Shown piece by piece: positions 20,101 to 29,800 of a DNA stretch of 49,817 nt (position 1 is the stretch's first letter; the number at the start of each line of letters is the position of its first letter). The translations under genes were made by a program, and so were the position numbers. This DNA comes from Candidatus Eiseniibacteriota bacterium (GTDB lineage Bacteria; Eisenbacteria; RBG-16-71-46; JABDJR01; JAWXBZ01): the NCBI GenBank assembly GCA_034440375.1, contig JAWXBZ010000030.1, positions 1 to 49,817 of the forward strand, given 5' to 3'. Below the pieces are notes generated by a model that was not told the origin of the DNA, ran no database searches, and saw only the letters and a list, made by a program, of their open reading frames with translations.

Positions 20101-21046
20101 CAAGTGCTTCCAGGCTGTCTGCCGCCTCCCGAGTCAGGCCGAGATCCTCACGCCGCCGACGGTCAAAGGCTTCGGCTCCGGCCATCCACGAGTCGACCTG
20201 CGAGCGGTCGGCCAATCGGCGGGCCAACTGCCGCGCCTCGTTACTATCGCCCGCCACACCGAGGGCAAAGTCCGCTGAGGCAAATCCTCCGGCCTCGACA
20301 ATCAGTGTGACCGAGAGGCTCAGAACAGGATCGAGGACATTTCCCACCCGGCCCGTATCCGACGGGGCGATGACGAGTGCCTGCGGCCACTCGCCCGGCA
20401 GCCGACGGCCGACGACCAGGCCGCGATCCGTTTCGAACCGCCAGTCCAGACCGCCGACGACCGTATGGAACAGGTCTGGAAATCGCTCCTCGGGTGATCG
20501 GGGCCGACGGTGAGCCAGCAGGAGGCGCTCTTCCGGGTGCACCTCGGTCTGCAGAAAGAGCCGGGAGAAGACCGGATGCGCGGCGTGGGCGGCCGCCGTG
20601 TTGAGTACAACATTGATCAACGATCGTATCTCGATGGTCCGACGTCGATTGGAAAGGTTTCGTATCGACAGTCGGCGGACTTCCATGTTGATGTCCGGCG
20701 GGATGAAGACCCGCGACAGGCATTCGATCCCGGAATGAGCATTAAATAGATCAATTCGACCGTCGAGGCGGGCGGCGCCGGAAGATCCGGACCAGCCTGG
20801 TTTCTGTTCCACCCCTCCGCCGAGACGCCAGACTTCGGAAGAGTCATGATCGCGCAGGTAGAGAAAAAATCCCTCCTTGTCTTCGGTCCGATCGCCGCGC
20901 CAGTCGCCCAGCCGAATTCCGTCCCATTCCGAGTAGCCGGACCCGGACGGGGTGAGTAGCAGGTGGTAACGGCCGTTCGATAGAAAGCGGGAGGTCGCAC
21001 CGGGTCCAAGGCGTGCGTCGAAAGGTGGTGATTCGGGGAATTTCAT
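17141..21046 (-). CDS. GH94 glycoside phosphorylase resembling the C-terminal region of cyclic beta-1,2-glucan synthase (Cgs/NdvB)
   Basis: Two supersandwich-like units (FLSNGRYHLLLT...; PWTNVVANENFG...), FYQSGGAFGFRDQLQD, GTGDWNDGMN, RENGGQYTHAA, WTWYTGSSGW. Start reassigned to ATG 21046. Confidence 0.88.
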   Translation of the reverse strand: MKFPESPPFDARLGPGATSRFLSNGRYHLLLTPSGSGYSEWDGIRLGDWRGDRTEDKEGFFLYLRDHDSSEVWRLGGGVEQKPGWSGSSGAARLDGRIDLFNAHSGIECLSRVFIPPDINMEVRRLSIRNLSNRRRTIEIRSLINVVLNTAAAHAAHPVFSRLFLQTEVHPEERLLLAHRRPRSPEERFPDLFHTVVGGLDWRFETDRGLVVGRRLPGEWPQALVIAPSDTGRVGNVLDPVLSLSVTLIVEAGGFASADFALGVAGDSNEARQLARRLADRSQVDSWMAGAEAFDRRRREDLGLTREAADSLEALAGGVLYGEPSLALDIGNAASTPATHQEDLVELGVESGRALALLDETGEFEPATADELETSFIRMARYWAELDLPIDAVIIGRADGISAFDSAPRHLNPDPRQREALRREARLLVENSIPVSPALFQSGRPPSPLSAPKPGAAHLPVPPATPSIALDPPLEQLRFDNGIGGFSADGREYVVRLNWRPGLGFTRPPLPWTNVVANENFGLLVSEIGAGSTWSGNSREHRLTPWSNDPLLDPPGECFYVRDEDTGRFWSPLPGPAPLPVDQEMRHGFGYSRASMIGEGLEHVTEIFVARHDPVRFTRLHITNRSGRPRRLSLYAAYRLVLGTTPAETGRFLRTDIDGKTGALMAENLNGGDFAGRIAFADVVVNRHETGRSATADRAAFLGLRGSTAAPLAVQMGGDLDGRTGSGLDPAFAHRIEVDLPADGDIEVTFLLGDASSREEARMLIGRYDSAKKISETWDRVRRFWTEELAGVQIETPSPALDLMVNGWLPYQTLACRIWGRTAFYQSGGAFGFRDQLQDAAALMLLWPDLTREQILRHAAHQFLEGDVLHWWHPPRSAGIRTRFVDDLLWLPGLTAQYVAATGDDAVLDKEVSYLAARLLDIDEDEAFVHPELSGECGSVYEHCIRSIDRSLTVGEHGLPLFGTGDWNDGMNRVGRLGRGESVWMGFFLYQVLGEYLPLCEARGDEARATRYRTHRNELRLALNDGGWDGAWYRRGYYDSGAPLGSTLSDECRIDALAQAWAVLSGAAPEARAHDAMDRVEEHLISEPDRLIRLLTPPFERTTEDPGYIKGYVAGVRENGGQYTHAALWVVRAMAELGRNNRAARLLDILNPVLHSVTPEQVARYQVEPYVVAADVYSTAPHVGRGGWTWYTGSSGWMYRVALESILGLTLVGGKALHLKPCIPDDWPGFTLRWRRPGGTTVWEIKVDNQDGNGLGVRTALMDGVASLVVNGAAHIQLVDDGQTHRVELRTGAPVAVVALL

Positions 21047-21057
21047 CGCATTCAATC

Positions 21058-21091
21058 TTGACAGGTTGATGACCATGTGTAAACGTTTACA
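21058..21091. promoter_or_regulatory. LacI-family operator TGTAAACGTTTACA (21078-21091) downstream of a -35 TTGACA (21058-21063)
   Basis: Perfect 14-bp palindrome with central CG, typical of LacI/GalR operators. It lies between the divergent GH94 and lacI genes and covers the expected -10 position. Confidence 0.85.
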
Positions 21092-21158
21092 TGCTCGTCT
21101 GCAGCCGGTCACCTCCGAAAGTCCTTCCCTGGCGACCGGCTCCTGTCAGGAGTCGATC

Positions 21159-22205
21159 GTGACCACCATCCGTGATGTCGCCCGCGCTTCCGGTGTTTCC
21201 ATCGCGACCGTTTCGCGCGTCATCAATGACAGCGCCCGCGTCAACGATGACACGCGTCGTCGTGTTTGGGATGCGGCATCCGAGCTCGATTTCTGGCCAA
21301 ATGGTGCGGCCCGAACCCTGACCACCTCGCGGACCCATGCCATTGGCGTCCTCCTGCCCGAACTGCACGGTGAATTCTTCTCCGAAGTCATCCGCGGGAT
21401 TGATCGCGCCGCCCGCCTGGAAAAGCTGCAAATCCTCATATCCAGTTCGCACGCGGACACGGACGGCATGCTGGCGGCCGCCCGATCGATGCGGGGCCGG
21501 GTGGATGGCCTGATCATCATGGCTCCGGAACGCGGCTCGAGCAGTACCCTCGAGCAGATTCAAAGCCGGTTTCCGACGGTCCTCCTGAGTTCGCGACCGC
21601 CGGCCCACGGGAGTCACTCCATTTCAGTGGCCAATCTGGACGGGGCCTACCAGGTGGCCCGCCACGTTCTGGCTCTCGGGCACCGCCGGGTGGCCATCCT
21701 GAAGGGCCCTCCGGGTAACTACGATGCCGAGGAACGACTCCGGGGCTACCGGAAGGCCTTGCGTGAAATCCGGTCTCAAGAACCCACCGTCGAATACCTG
21801 AATGGTAATTTCAGCGAAGAGTCCGGCGAGGCCGCCGCTGCCGACTTCCTCGGCCGGAAGGACCGTCCGACCGCGATCTTCGCAGCCAATGACTACATGG
21901 CCATCGGTTTGCTCGGCGCCCTGCGCGAGGCCGGAGTCCGGGTCCCCGAGGAGATGACCGTGACCGGTTTCGACGACATCGTCATTTCGCAGTATGTCAG
22001 CCCCTCGTTGACCACGGTCCGGGTGGATGCCTGCGACATGGGGGATCGAGCCGTCCGGCTGCTGGCGGGCCTCACCGGTCCGGTGGCCCGATCAATGAAT
22101 TCGATTACGTTACCGGTCAGCCTGGTGATCCGCGACTCCTGTGGCAGCCCGGCATCAACAGGCCGACCAACACCGACACGCAAAACCGAAAGGCGCAGCA
22201 CATGA
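21159..22205 (+). CDS. LacI-family transcriptional regulator
   Basis: TIRDVARASGVSIATVSRVIN HTH, PTAIFAANDYMAIG, VTGFDD, PSLTTV; GTG 21159 behind CAGGAG. Confidence 0.97.
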   Translation: MTTIRDVARASGVSIATVSRVINDSARVNDDTRRRVWDAASELDFWPNGAARTLTTSRTHAIGVLLPELHGEFFSEVIRGIDRAARLEKLQILISSSHADTDGMLAAARSMRGRVDGLIIMAPERGSSSTLEQIQSRFPTVLLSSRPPAHGSHSISVANLDGAYQVARHVLALGHRRVAILKGPPGNYDAEERLRGYRKALREIRSQEPTVEYLNGNFSEESGEAAAADFLGRKDRPTAIFAANDYMAIGLLGALREAGVRVPEEMTVTGFDDIVISQYVSPSLTTVRVDACDMGDRAVRLLAGLTGPVARSMNSITLPVSLVIRDSCGSPASTGRPTPTRKTERRST

Positions 22206-24133
22206 AACGAGCACTTACTTTCCTCTTGCCACTCGGTGGCTTCCTACTGTTCGCCGCCCCGTCGGCCAGCGCCTATGCGCCACGCCAGGACGCCATCTGG
22301 GCCCGTACCGCAACGGCTCCGATCGTCCTGGATGGAGTTCTCAACGAGGCCGGCTGGGCAGCGGCCGAATCCGTCATCGTCCAGTATGGAATCAGCACCG
22401 GGATCCCCGGCAGCGGCTGGAAAATCGAGTCCGGTTTCAATCCCACCAATCCGACAAATGCCACGCTCAAGTTCCTGGTGCGCAACAACCAGCTCTACCT
22501 GGGTGCCACCATCCGCGACAAGAGCATCGGCGGCCACTCCACATTTAATCGCTGGGATGGGCTGCTGATGGCGCTCAAGGACAGGCTGAATGGGAGCACG
22601 CCGAAACCACCATCGGAATATTTTTATTCCTGGTGGTACCCGCTGAGCCCCAATCCGCAGCCGATCGGCCAGTTGCCGATCTTTCGTGGCCGCTTCGGCG
22701 TGACCGCCCCGCTCGACAGCCTGGCCCCCGATGACACCACGCGCACGCCGGCCAACATCGCCGCCTGGGATGCCCGGATCACCATTCAGGGACAGACAAA
22801 TACCGATGCCGCGCAGGATCAGGGTTACACCGTCGAGATGCGATTCGACCTGGGTGTCATGGGCTATGACGTCACGCGCCCCGAGGGGGATATCGTCGAA
22901 TGGAACCTGTCCATTTATGACTGTGACTGCTTCTGGCCCCTGGCTCCCGCCTGCGCCGGCGGTGCCAATTTTTCGGTCAACCGGACCTGGTACCAGAGCC
23001 CGTGGGGCAACGCCTACTGGTATGACGAAGTCCATATCTTCGCCAAGCCGTCGGTGACCACGGCGAGCGGGGTCGTGCCGCCCATTCCGCCCGAAATAAA
23101 CATTCCCGAGATTCCCGGTCCGGCTCCGGTCATCGACGGAGTCTTGAGCGAGCCGATCTGGAACGATGTGCTGAGCCAGTTCGATATCCGATACGGTGAC
23201 AACGAACTGAGAGCAACCTACCCGGGCGTGGGACCGTGGCGCTCCGGCCAGTTCCAGCCCACCATCAATGGCGGAACCGCGGATGTGCTCGATCCGGGCG
23301 ATGCCACGGTCAGTGTCCTCGTCAAGGGCAACTGGCTCTACCTCGGCTTCGACGTGCGCGATGAGGCGGTCCAGTTCCACCCGGACTTCGATCGCTGGGA
23401 TGGCGCACTGATCACACTGAACGATCGTGCAACACTCGGCCCCGACAACGAACTCCTGGCCCGAAGGATCTCCTTCCAGGTCGGCGCCGGAGGCCAGGCC
23501 GTGGCGCAGGACTATCTCCTGACTCTCCTGCAGAATGGTGGCGCGCAGCTGGCGCTGTCACTCAACAACGGCACGACGGTGGATACCCTGGCCGACCAGT
23601 TTCCAGACAACGGATATACCGCCGAGCTGGCCATCAACCTGACGCATCTGGGTTACCCGACGGGCCTCGGGGATCGGATCCTGTTCCTGGGAGTCAATCT
23701 TCTGGATGGCGATTCGTTCTCGAACTTTACCGACAGCTACAGCACCCGCACCTGGTGGTTTCGTGAATACCCGGGTCAATGCTGTCCGGTCTGGGCGCAT
23801 ATCATCCCCTTCTCGACAACCGGCGTTGGGGACGAATCGCCGCGCCCGCCGGCCGGCTATCAGCTGTTCGGGGCGTTTCCGAATCCCTCGGCGCAGCCCC
23901 GAATTCGATACTCGCTGCCGGTCGCGGGCACGGTGTCCGTGTCGTTGTACGACGTCTCGGGCCGCCTGATCGAAACGCGCGCCATCGGCCGCGTGGAAGC
24001 GGGCGAGCAGGTTCTCAATCTTGACCTGTCGACCATGAGCAACGGTCTTTACCTGTATCAACTGAATATCGCCGACCCCGAAACCGGGGCGCTTCGGGCC
24101 AGTCTGCCGGGGCGGCTGGTGTTGACGAAGTAA
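22202..24133 (+). CDS. Secreted protein with two tandem CBM9-like domains and a T9SS type-A-like CTD
   Basis: APIVLDGVLNEAGW / APVIDGVLSEPIW; LYLGATIRD / LYLGFDVRD; GYTVEMRFDL / GYTAELAINL; CTD FPNPS...LYDVSGRLI...SNGLYLYQL...RLVLTK. Confidence 0.72.
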   Translation: MKRALTFLLPLGGFLLFAAPSASAYAPRQDAIWARTATAPIVLDGVLNEAGWAAAESVIVQYGISTGIPGSGWKIESGFNPTNPTNATLKFLVRNNQLYLGATIRDKSIGGHSTFNRWDGLLMALKDRLNGSTPKPPSEYFYSWWYPLSPNPQPIGQLPIFRGRFGVTAPLDSLAPDDTTRTPANIAAWDARITIQGQTNTDAAQDQGYTVEMRFDLGVMGYDVTRPEGDIVEWNLSIYDCDCFWPLAPACAGGANFSVNRTWYQSPWGNAYWYDEVHIFAKPSVTTASGVVPPIPPEINIPEIPGPAPVIDGVLSEPIWNDVLSQFDIRYGDNELRATYPGVGPWRSGQFQPTINGGTADVLDPGDATVSVLVKGNWLYLGFDVRDEAVQFHPDFDRWDGALITLNDRATLGPDNELLARRISFQVGAGGQAVAQDYLLTLLQNGGAQLALSLNNGTTVDTLADQFPDNGYTAELAINLTHLGYPTGLGDRILFLGVNLLDGDSFSNFTDSYSTRTWWFREYPGQCCPVWAHIIPFSTTGVGDESPRPPAGYQLFGAFPNPSAQPRIRYSLPVAGTVSVSLYDVSGRLIETRAIGRVEAGEQVLNLDLSTMSNGLYLYQLNIADPETGALRASLPGRLVLTK

Positions 24134-24139
24134 GTATCG

Positions 24140-26854
24140 ATGACAGCGCGATTCCATGGGGGGGATTGGATGCGGGGATTGACAACCACCGGCCGCGCGG
24201 GCCGGTTGACGGCCGCTGTCGCCTGGCTCGTCCTGTCGGGATCCGTCCCGGCGGCGGCCGGCACCACCGGCAAACTTTCAGGGCAGGTGGTGGACCAGGA
24301 AAAGAAGCCCGTCGTCGCCGCCACGGTGCTTCTGGTCGGACAGAAGCTTGGCGCCGTGACGGATGCGGCTGGCAAGTACAACATCCTCAACATTCCGCCC
24401 GGTACCTACGAAATCTCGGTCGGTCGGCTCGGATTTGAAAAGAAACTGGTCACCGGCCTTGTCGTTTCGGCGGACAACACCACCTGGCTCGATGTGACGC
24501 TGGGCGAGGCCGCCGTGGAAATGGCCGAAGTGGTGGTGACCGCCGCGCGCCCCACCGTCGACGTCAACCTGACCAGTTCCAAGCAGGTCCTGACCACCGA
24601 AGAAATCGAGGAGTTGCCCGTCCAGGAACTCCAGGATGTGGTCAACCTGCAGGCCGGCGTCGTCGAGGGGCATTTCCGGGGTGGCCGGAGCGGCGAAGTG
24701 CAGTATCAGGTGGATGGCGTCAGCATCAACAACGCCTTCAACAATGAACCGAGCCTCAAGATCGACCGCTCGCTCCTGCAGGAAGTGCAGGTCATCAGCG
24801 GTACCTTCGACGCCGAGTATGGACAGGCAATGAGCGGCGTCGTCAATGCCATCCTGAAGGACGGCACGCCCGACTTCCGCTGGGAAACCGAGGTCTTTGC
24901 CGGCGGCTGGGCCTTCTCCAACGGCAACGACCGCCGGTTGACCGGCGATAATATCGAGCCTTTGTCGATCCAGAACTACCAGTTGAATCTGAGCGGCCCC
25001 CTGCCCGTCAAGGACACCGTGTACCTCCTCAGCGGCCGCCGCTACCACTTCGACGACTACATCCAGGGAGAGCGGCGGTTTGTCCCCACTGATTCCTCGG
25101 ACTTCGCCAACAACGTCTTCCGGTCGTCCGGCGACGGCGGGTCGGAGCCGCTGGGTTACACCAGGGAGTGGTCCGGGGTGGCCAAGATCACCACCACGGC
25201 CGTTCACAACGCGCGAATCAATTACCAGGCGCTGTTCAATGTCGTCGACGGACGCCGGAACAATTTCGCCTTCCGCTACAATCCCGATGGAGCCACCACC
25301 CAGAAGACACGGTCGATCAACCACGGCCTGGACTGGACCCATACCCTGTCCAAGAGCACATTCCTCGATGCCACGGTGCGGCACAGTTACCTGCACTACA
25401 CCGACTTTGCGTACGAGAATCTGTATGACTCGCGCTACGACAACGCCGGTCCCCCGCTCGCCGATGACGCCTACGAGCTTGGCGCCAACATCCAGGGCGT
25501 CGATTTTGGCCGGTTCGAGCAGACGACGAACGCCATCCTCCTCAAGACTTCCGTCGTGAGCCAGGTCAGTTCGGCGCATCAGCTGAAGGCCGGCGGCGAA
25601 ATCCAGTTTCCCAAGGTGAGCTTCGGATCGCCCGGGTACCTTTCATTTGGAACGGTGGCAGGGGACCAGGCCCTGGTGCGCCATGATCGCGAGCCACCCG
25701 ACTTCCCGGGTGTCATCACCTACAACCCGTTCATCGCCGCGGCCCATGTCCAGGAATCGGCCGAATTGCGCGACCTGACGCTTCGGGCCGGCATCCGGTT
25801 CGACTATTTCGACGCCCGCTCGAAGATCCCGGGCGACCTGGCCAACCCGGCCAACGCCATCGAGGGGGTGCCGACGGCGCCCGCGAAGGCCACGACACCC
25901 AAGTTTTCGGCGGCGCCCCGGCTGGGCGTGGCGTACCCGATCGGTCAGTCGGCCGCGCTGCACTTTGCCTACGGGCACTTCTATCAATTTCCCGCCATCG
26001 GTACCGTCTTCAGCAACGCCGACTACTCGGTCCTGGCCAACCTGCAGGCCGGCGACATCACCTACGGGGTGCTCGGCAACCCGGATGTGAAGCCGGAGAA
26101 AACCATCCAGTACGAATTCGGCTACAAGCATGCGCTGAGCCAGGACATCGGCCTGGACTTCAACATCTTCTACAAGGACATCCGGCAGCTCCTGGGCACG
26201 GAGTTCGTCTCCACGTACAACGGGGCTGAGTACGCCCGCCTGACCAACGTCGACTTCGGTGATGTCCTCGGCTTCACGCTGGCCCTTGACCACCGACGGC
26301 TGGGGCCGCTGAACGTCGGCTTCGATTATACGTGGCAACAGGCCATCGGCAATTCGAGCGATCCGCGCGAGACGGCCACCCGCGCCTCAGCCAACGAAGA
26401 TCCCAGGCCAAGGCTGGTCTCGTTCAACTGGGACCAGCGCCACACGGTCAACCTCACCTTGTCGTACCGCAACGCCGGCGGCTTCTCAACGGCGATGGTT
26501 CTCCGGGCCGGGTCTGGCCAGCCGTATACGCCCATTATCGAGTCGGGCTTCGGCAATGGTCTCGATACGAATTCCGGCCGCAAGCCCGGCGCCGCCACCA
26601 TGGATATCCGGGCCGAAAAATCCGCCACGTTTTCGGGACTGAACGTCGGCCTGTTCGGCCGCGTGTTCAACCTGATGGATACCCGCTATTTCAACGGTGC
26701 CGTCTTCAACAGCACCGGGAGTGCGTTCTATTCCCGCTTCCCCGCAGCCGACGAAGTGGCCCTGAACGATCCGAGCCGGTACTACGCGCCGCGCCGGATC
26801 GAAATCGGCCTCAAGTTCAGTCCGGGCGAATCGTCCGACAAGGGGGACAAGTGA
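24140..26854 (+). CDS. TonB-dependent receptor with N-terminal carboxypeptidase-regulatory-like domain
   Basis: GTTGKLSGQVVD...GAVTDAAGKYNILNIPPGTY; plug HFRGGRSGEVQYQVDG, SGTFDAEYGQAMSGVVN; GNPDVKPEKTIQYEFG; PRRIEIGLKF. Start may be ATG 24170. Confidence 0.93.
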   Translation: MTARFHGGDWMRGLTTTGRAGRLTAAVAWLVLSGSVPAAAGTTGKLSGQVVDQEKKPVVAATVLLVGQKLGAVTDAAGKYNILNIPPGTYEISVGRLGFEKKLVTGLVVSADNTTWLDVTLGEAAVEMAEVVVTAARPTVDVNLTSSKQVLTTEEIEELPVQELQDVVNLQAGVVEGHFRGGRSGEVQYQVDGVSINNAFNNEPSLKIDRSLLQEVQVISGTFDAEYGQAMSGVVNAILKDGTPDFRWETEVFAGGWAFSNGNDRRLTGDNIEPLSIQNYQLNLSGPLPVKDTVYLLSGRRYHFDDYIQGERRFVPTDSSDFANNVFRSSGDGGSEPLGYTREWSGVAKITTTAVHNARINYQALFNVVDGRRNNFAFRYNPDGATTQKTRSINHGLDWTHTLSKSTFLDATVRHSYLHYTDFAYENLYDSRYDNAGPPLADDAYELGANIQGVDFGRFEQTTNAILLKTSVVSQVSSAHQLKAGGEIQFPKVSFGSPGYLSFGTVAGDQALVRHDREPPDFPGVITYNPFIAAAHVQESAELRDLTLRAGIRFDYFDARSKIPGDLANPANAIEGVPTAPAKATTPKFSAAPRLGVAYPIGQSAALHFAYGHFYQFPAIGTVFSNADYSVLANLQAGDITYGVLGNPDVKPEKTIQYEFGYKHALSQDIGLDFNIFYKDIRQLLGTEFVSTYNGAEYARLTNVDFGDVLGFTLALDHRRLGPLNVGFDYTWQQAIGNSSDPRETATRASANEDPRPRLVSFNWDQRHTVNLTLSYRNAGGFSTAMVLRAGSGQPYTPIIESGFGNGLDTNSGRKPGAATMDIRAEKSATFSGLNVGLFGRVFNLMDTRYFNGAVFNSTGSAFYSRFPAADEVALNDPSRYYAPRRIEIGLKFSPGESSDKGDK

Positions 26855-29800
26855 CCCGACTTATGGGCTCTTTCGGGTCGGCCGCGCGGGCGGCGGTCCT
26901 CGGGGCGATAGCGGCGCTGACCGTATCCCCCGCCTTCGCCCAGGTGACCACGCCCGTGCCGCAATCGCAGCGCGGAACGAGCGATGCCGAGCGCTCGGGG
27001 TTCCACGACGCCGGCAACATCCGTACCGTCTTCTGGAATTACGGCATGGTCGGCGACTACCCCGCCGATCCCGGCGGCGTCGACCTATCGGTCTTCCACT
27101 CGGTGGAAGTACCGAAGGGAGGCGGCATGAACTATTCGGACGGCATCACTCCGTTCGTCCTGGCCCGCATCATCCAGCGGGATGGCAGCCCCAGCTACAT
27201 CATGGAAACCGGCTTTCGCGAGCGCCAGGGATCGAGTCCCTTCTTCAATCGGATCATGCGGTTCGAGCCGCGCCCCGGCTACTTCGAGCCGAGCCCGTCC
27301 CGGAACCCGGGCCGCTCCCCCGCCGTCAGCAGCGACCCCAGAACCTGGCCGGCCCAGTGGCCGGACAAGCTCGGCGATCCGGACGATCCGGGCTGGGCCG
27401 GAAGCTGGAACGGCTACTTCGGCAAGCGCATCGTGGCCGACCAGGAAAGCTACACCGTCATGGACGACGACTATTACGACGCCTGGGACTTCCGGCCGGA
27501 CAGCCGCGACAGCACCCGCCACGGACTGGGTCTGCGCATCGAGGTCCGCGGCTTCCAGTGGGCCAATCCCCAGGCCAGCAATGTCATCTTCTGGCACTAC
27601 GACATCACGAATGAGGGGACCACCGACTACGACGACAACATCGTCTTCGGCCTGTACATGGATTCCGGTGTCGGCGGCTCGGCCCTCTCGTGCGACGGCA
27701 TCTTCGAATCCGACGACGACAACGCCTTCTTCGACCGGACCCTGAATAAGGACGTCCTGAACCTCGTCTACACCTGGGATCGATTCGGCCACGGCCGCGA
27801 TCTCTCGGGCAACTGCGGACGAACCGGCTATCTCGGCTACGCCTACATGGAAACTCCCGGCAACGCGCTGGACACCGTGGATAACGACCTGGACGGCATC
27901 ACCAACGAAGTGCGTGACGGCGGGCCGGGCGAGCGGATTGCCGGGGCAGAGGCTATTCGGCAGTACGTGACCACCCATTACAACCTGACCAACTTCGAGG
28001 CGGAGTTTGGGAAGCTGGACGATCGTCCGGCATTCCGGGCCGGTGTCTGGTACACCGGCGACGAGGACATGGACTGGACCGAAGCCGTGCAGGACCTGGG
28101 CGGTGACGGACTGCCCGATACGGATGACACCGGCGAAGGAGACGGCATCCCGACCGCCGGTGAACCCAACTTCGACCGAACGGACCTCCACGAATCGGAC
28201 CAGATCGGATTGACCGGCTTCAAGATCAACCGCATTTCGGCCGGCCAGGGAAATCCCGATCGGACCACCGACGGCGTCCTCTTTTTCACCGAGAGCAACA
28301 ACTGGCCCCAGCGCCTCTACGAGCAATTCACCCATCCCGACCCGGCCATGCGGTTCGACCGCCCGCTGGCGTCGAACTACAACATCGGATTCCTTTTTGC
28401 TTCCGGGCCGTTCAAACTGAAGGCCGGCAAGACCGAGCGGTTCAGCCTTGCCCTGGCGTACGGGGGCGATCTGAACGGGCTGCGCCGCACCGTCAAGACG
28501 GTGCAGCAGATCTATGACGCCAACTACCGGTTCGCGGTGCCCCCCCCCCTCCCCACGGCCACGGCCGAGGCGGGCGACGGCTACGTGCGCCTCTCGTGGG
28601 ACACGGTGGCCGAGCAGGGTGCCGACCCCGTGACCGGCGAGTTCGATTTCGAGGGGTACCGCATCTATCGCTCGACGGACCCGGAATTCCAGGACCCAAA
28701 GGTCATCTCGACCGGCACCGGCGCCGAGGGACTGGGGAACGGCCGGCCCATCGCCCAATTCGACCTGAACGACGAACGGAACGGCTTTTCGACCCAGACG
28801 GTGGAAGGCGTGGCCTACTACCTGGGCGACGACACCGGCCTCACCCACACCTGGACCGACACGACGGTGACCAACGGCCAAGCCTACTACTACGCGGTAA
28901 CGGCGTACGACTACGGCTCGGAGGCCCTCGACTTCTACCCATCCGAGAATGCCATCACCGCCTCGCGCACGCCGCGGGGTGGCCTCGTCCTGCCGAAGAA
29001 CGTGGTGGCCGTGCGTCCCAACCCGCGGGCCCTGGGCTACGTGGCCGCCCGCGCCGACACGGCTATCCAGATCGAGGGGCGGGGCGTCGGCACCGTTCGG
29101 GTTGAAGTGGTCAATTCGGACATCGTGCCGGCCGACCACCTGTTCAAGATCGATTTCAACACGGTCACGCCGTTCGAGGTACGCGCCACATCCTATGCGC
29201 TCATCGACAGCACGACGCACGAGGTGCTCTTCACCGACGGTACCGACTTCGAGGCCCGAGGCATCGGCGCCGTGGGCGCCGGATTGCTGCCCTTGATCAC
29301 GACCCTGCCCGGTGTCCAGATTGATCCAGCCTCCGGATTTCGACCCGGGAGCCCCACCAACACCCGCCTGCGGATATCCTACCAGCCGACGTTGAACTCC
29401 AATCTAAAGCGCCCCGGTTATCCGGACGACCTCACGATCGAATTCAGCGACACCGTCCTGGATACGTCGGTGGCGGGATTTCGGCTCCCCCCGAAGCCGG
29501 CCCGTTTTCGCGTGATCGCCCACTCGCCCGGCGGCGATCGGCAGCTCAATTTCCGATTCCAGGATGAGGACAACAGCGGCACGCTCAACCGTACCGACGA
29601 GCGGATTACCATCGTGACGTACGCGGATGCCACCCCGGCGCTCGTAGCCGACACCTGGCGCGCTGAACTCGACACGCTGGGCCAGGCCGCCCGGGGCCCG
29701 ATCGATCCGCCCGGGGCCGGCGATACCTACGATCTGCGCCTCTTGCTGCCGCTCGGTGCGGACGACGTCTTCGTCTTTACGACACGGAGCGCCACCATCA

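Noticed and set aside
17141-21046. Cyclic beta-1,2-glucan synthase (ndvB/cgs)
   Set aside because: About half the expected length, no TM or GT84 region, and a catabolic context.
26332-26850. N-terminal extension of the 1268-aa ORF (similarly 7381-7599, 15721-16134, 43537-43743, 49716-49769)
   Set aside because: These overlap neighbouring genes or the tRNA; downstream starts with RBS, signal peptide or stop/start overlap fit better.
27085-29220. 711-aa antisense ORF and other long shadow ORFs (24278-25579, 31643-32716, 35438-36835, 41144-42502, 45794-47074)
   Set aside because: They lie opposite well-supported genes and show no recognisable motifs; long stop-free antisense frames are expected in GC-rich coding DNA.
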